Notes under the pieces: model-generated | Databases searched by the model: none | Told to the model about the DNA's origin: nothing | The model's input: only the letters and a program-made list of their open reading frames with translations | Shown: positions 61,572 through 64,000 of the stretch, piece after piece | How positions within the stretch are numbered: the stretch's first letter is position 1 | How the letters are laid out: each line of letters opens with the position of its first letter | Position numbers and translations under genes: made by a program | DNA from: Eubacterium sp. | GTDB taxonomy: Bacteria; Bacillota; Clostridia; Lachnospirales; Lachnospiraceae | Assembly (NCBI GenBank): GCA_045539215.1 | Contig: JAZQEX010000067.1 | Coordinates: forward strand, 7,232 to 71,231 | DNA: 64,000 bases | Direction: 5' to 3'

Positions 61572-61855
61572 AAAATTACCTCCATTGTTGCCTCGCAAGC
61601 CGCCTGCTTTCAGCCTGTGCTTTACGCAGAAAAAAATCACCAGCTTCGCACTTTAGTTCAGTACGACAAGCGGTGACTGTACACTCTCCCGTGTGTGTCA
61701 TCCCTTCATGGAATCCACAAACACATTCTGTTCTGCTTTCGCAGCTATTGAGTACAGTGACTTGTCGCCAGTTTCCTAACATGACATTCGCTCCACGGAA
61801 AACCTGCCACAACGGGCAGCAACCTCACGCTTCAACGCTATCAATGCCACAGCAC
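61572..61855 (-). promoter_or_regulatory. Long 5' leader of the S10 operon (probable r-protein leader RNA)
   Basis: About 285 nt between the promoter and rpsJ with no credible ORF. Confidence 0.55.
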
Positions 61856-61860
61856 GAATC

Positions 61861-61889
61861 ATTATAATCTAATGTGCGACAGAATGCAA
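61861..61889 (-). promoter_or_regulatory. S10 operon promoter
   Basis: TTGCAT-17-TATAAT with AT-rich upstream tract. Confidence 0.8.
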
Positions 61890-61940
61890 GGGGTTTTTTT
61901 CAAGTTTTTTTTGGCTATACTATAAAGGCCTGATCAGGTT

Positions 61941-62265
61941 CTGACGTTGATATGCCACGTCAGTTCAAACAGCTGGGCGTCCACCGCCAAAACTGACGTC
62001 CAGACAGAGCAAGTCAGCTCTGGTAGTCAGGCAATGGGCGCAGAGCTCACGCATTGGGCCGCTCCGTCAGTCTTAACAAACGAGCGCAGCTTGCAGAGCT
62101 CCCGCATTGGGCTGCTCTGTCAGCCTCGGCAACCAAGATACTAGTTGTAGGGCTGACAAACAACCGAATTTGGTCAGTCCGGAAACAGCTAAAAAGGACA
62201 GCAGACTGAAACCAGTTAGAATTGTGTCAGTCCTATCAAAACTATCAGCAGCCTGTGGACTGACA
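61941..62265. repeat. Periodic array of six GTCAG...CTGAC hairpins, 53-54 bp period
   Basis: GTCAG at 61959, 62013, 62066, 62119, 62173, 62226; CTGAC-like at 61941, 61993, 62046, 62099, 62153, 62206, 62260. Confidence 0.85.
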
Positions 62266-62301
62266 TTTCTTTACATTATATAAATAAGAAGGAGTTTATG
62301 T

Positions 62302-63225
62302 ATGTGGTTAGCATCCAACTGGAAAGATTACGAAGTACTCGACTGCTCAGGCGGTGAGAAGTTAGAGCGCTGGGGCGACTACCGCCTCGTACGGCCGGAT
62401 CCGCAGGTGATCTGGAATACCCCAAAGAAGGACCGTTTCTGGAAAAAGCCGAACGCACATTACCACCGCAGCAAAAAAGGCGGCGGCGAATGGGAGTTCT
62501 TTGATCTTCCGGAGCAGTGGGACATCCTTTACACACTACCGGAATCTGTCGTATCCGCAGGCTCCTACGCTGCGCACAAGGAACTTACATTCCGATTAAA
62601 GCCTTTTGCATTCAAGCATACAGGGCTTTTTCCGGAGCAGGCTGCCAACTGGGACTGGTTTTCACAGCTGATCGCCAAAGAGGCCGGCAAACGAAACAGC
62701 AGTCAGCCGGTCAAAGTCCTGAATCTCTTCGCATACACCGGCGGCGCGACGATCGCTGCTGCTGCTGCAGGCGCGCATGTGACACATGTCGATGCTTCCA
62801 AAGGCATGGTCGGCTGGGCAAAAGAAAACGCTGCCGCATCCGGCCTTTCCGATGCACCGATCCGCTGGCTTGTGGATGATTGTGTCAAATTTGTCGAGCG
62901 TGAGATCCGCCGCGGCAATCATTATGATGCAATCATCATGGATCCACCCTCCTACGGACGCGGCCCGAAGGGCGAGATCTGGAAGATCGAAGAGCGGATC
63001 CATCCGCTCGTATCTCTCTGTACAAAGATCCTGACGGATGACCCGCTCTTCTTTTTGATCAATTCCTATACCACCGGTCTGCAGCCGGCAGTTCTTTCTT
63101 ATTTAATAGGAAGTGAATTAAAATCATTTAACGGCAATGTCACTTCCAGCGAGATCGGTCTGCCTGTGACAGACTCCGGCCTGGTACTGCCATGTGGTGC
63201 AAGCGGTCGGTGGTCTCGCCAATAA
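62302..63225 (+). CDS. Class I SAM-dependent methyltransferase (RlmI/RlmK-like)
   Basis: HTGLFPEQ, LNLFAYTGG, VDAS, MDPPSY. Confidence 0.9.
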   Translation: MWLASNWKDYEVLDCSGGEKLERWGDYRLVRPDPQVIWNTPKKDRFWKKPNAHYHRSKKGGGEWEFFDLPEQWDILYTLPESVVSAGSYAAHKELTFRLKPFAFKHTGLFPEQAANWDWFSQLIAKEAGKRNSSQPVKVLNLFAYTGGATIAAAAAGAHVTHVDASKGMVGWAKENAAASGLSDAPIRWLVDDCVKFVEREIRRGNHYDAIIMDPPSYGRGPKGEIWKIEERIHPLVSLCTKILTDDPLFFLINSYTTGLQPAVLSYLIGSELKSFNGNVTSSEIGLPVTDSGLVLPCGASGRWSRQ

Positions 63226-63240
63226 TCTGTATCACCAAAT

Positions 63241-63274
63241 AAAAAGCTGCGGACCACATATCCACAGCTTTTTT
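63241..63274. terminator. Bidirectional terminator
   Basis: AAAAAGCTGCGGA/TCCACAGCTTTTT. Confidence 0.75.
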
Positions 63275-63288
63275 CATACATATAATTC

Positions 63289-64000
63289 TTACGCCAGCTC
63301 CTGCGTCCGCTTTTTAATCCACTGGTGTTTCTTAAAGTGGACAAATACCGGAATACTCTTGAAGACCTGATCCGACTGGATGCATAAAACAACCAGCACG
63401 ACCGGCAGCTTCCACCAGAACGCCGCCATAAAGGAAAGCGGCATGACAATGCACCAGATACAGATCAGATTCATTTTTGCCATGAACTTCACATCGCCGG
63501 CTCCGCGCATGACCCCTGCGCTGACAGGCATCTGGTAGGCCATTCCCACCATGACAAAGCACATCAGGATGATCAATTGATCCGCCAGCTTTAAAGCTTC
63601 CTGCGAAAGTCCGCTGTATATGGTAAGCAAAGGCATTCGCAATGCAAACAAAAGAAGTGCCAGTATGATTCCCACGACAAGAGACAGTACACTTAATGTC
63701 CGGGCATCCTCACGGACTTTGGCATCGACGCCCTCGCCCACTGCTTTTCCGATCATAACTGCTGAAGTTAAGCTCATGGCCTGTACAACAACTTTCAGAT
63801 ATTGATAGAACGTCGTTGCCACGGAATTCGCCGCCAGAGCATTCGAGGAGAGACGTCCCAGAATACCTGTCTGGATCGGAATGGAAACTGCCCACAGGAT
63901 CTGTGAAACCAGGATCGGCATAAATACCTTCCGATAATCCTCCCGCAGCTTCTTGTCAAACTTCAGAAAGTTCTCAGAAAAAAGCTTTAACCGTTCATCC
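63289..64000 (-). CDS. MATE family transporter, 3' part (5' end outside the window)
   Basis: LAANSVA, MIGKAVG, GVMRGAGD, multiple TM segments. Confidence 0.85.
   Translation of the reverse strand, partial: DERLKLFSENFLKFDKKLREDYRKVFMPILVSQILWAVSIPIQTGILGRLSSNALAANSVATTFYQYLKVVVQAMSLTSAVMIGKAVGEGVDAKVREDARTLSVLSLVVGIILALLLFALRMPLLTIYSGLSQEALKLADQLIILMCFVMVGMAYQMPVSAGVMRGAGDVKFMAKMNLICIWCIVMPLSFMAAFWWKLPVVLVVLCIQSDQVFKSIPVFVHFKKHQWIKKRTQELA

Noticed and set aside
54843-61676. Long plus-strand ORFs opposite the ribosomal protein genes
   Set aside because: Typical antisense artefacts of strong codon bias.
61947-62144. 65-aa ORF across the hairpin array
   Set aside because: TTG start without an RBS, and the 53-bp period is not codon-compatible.
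61941-62265. CRISPR array
   Set aside because: Only 5-9 bp motifs are conserved, there is no 23-50 bp direct repeat and no cas gene; kept as an unexplained repeat array.

Overview
Chromosomal segment of an anaerobic Firmicute, most likely Lachnospiraceae (inferred from the long bL17, the inserted uL3 and the uL22 N-terminus). The right third (46.3-61.6 kb) is the S10-spc-alpha ribosomal protein cluster, followed on the minus strand by mutS2, a phosphohexomutase, yhaM and rlmD. Downstream of rlmD lies an accessory tract (about 31-39.6 kb) broken into cassettes by repeated, degenerate copies of the rlmD 3' end ('HVE[T/C]V' frame), with no recombinase in the window. The left half holds an AmmeMemoRadiSam operon, an XRE-Uma2 nuclease gene, a MoxR-type AAA + HExxH/vWA + DUF4116-like repeat operon behind an attenuator-like leader, metabolic and transport genes, and a Liv-type ABC transporter beside a binding-protein/YesM/YesN sensor trio. 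The two most striking unexplained structures are the rlmD-tail cassette array and a 53-54 bp periodic array of six co-varying GTCAG/CTGAC hairpins upstream of the S10 promoter. No rRNA, tRNA, CRISPR-cas, integrase or transposase genes were recognised. All family calls come from motif recognition by eye; no database search was run.
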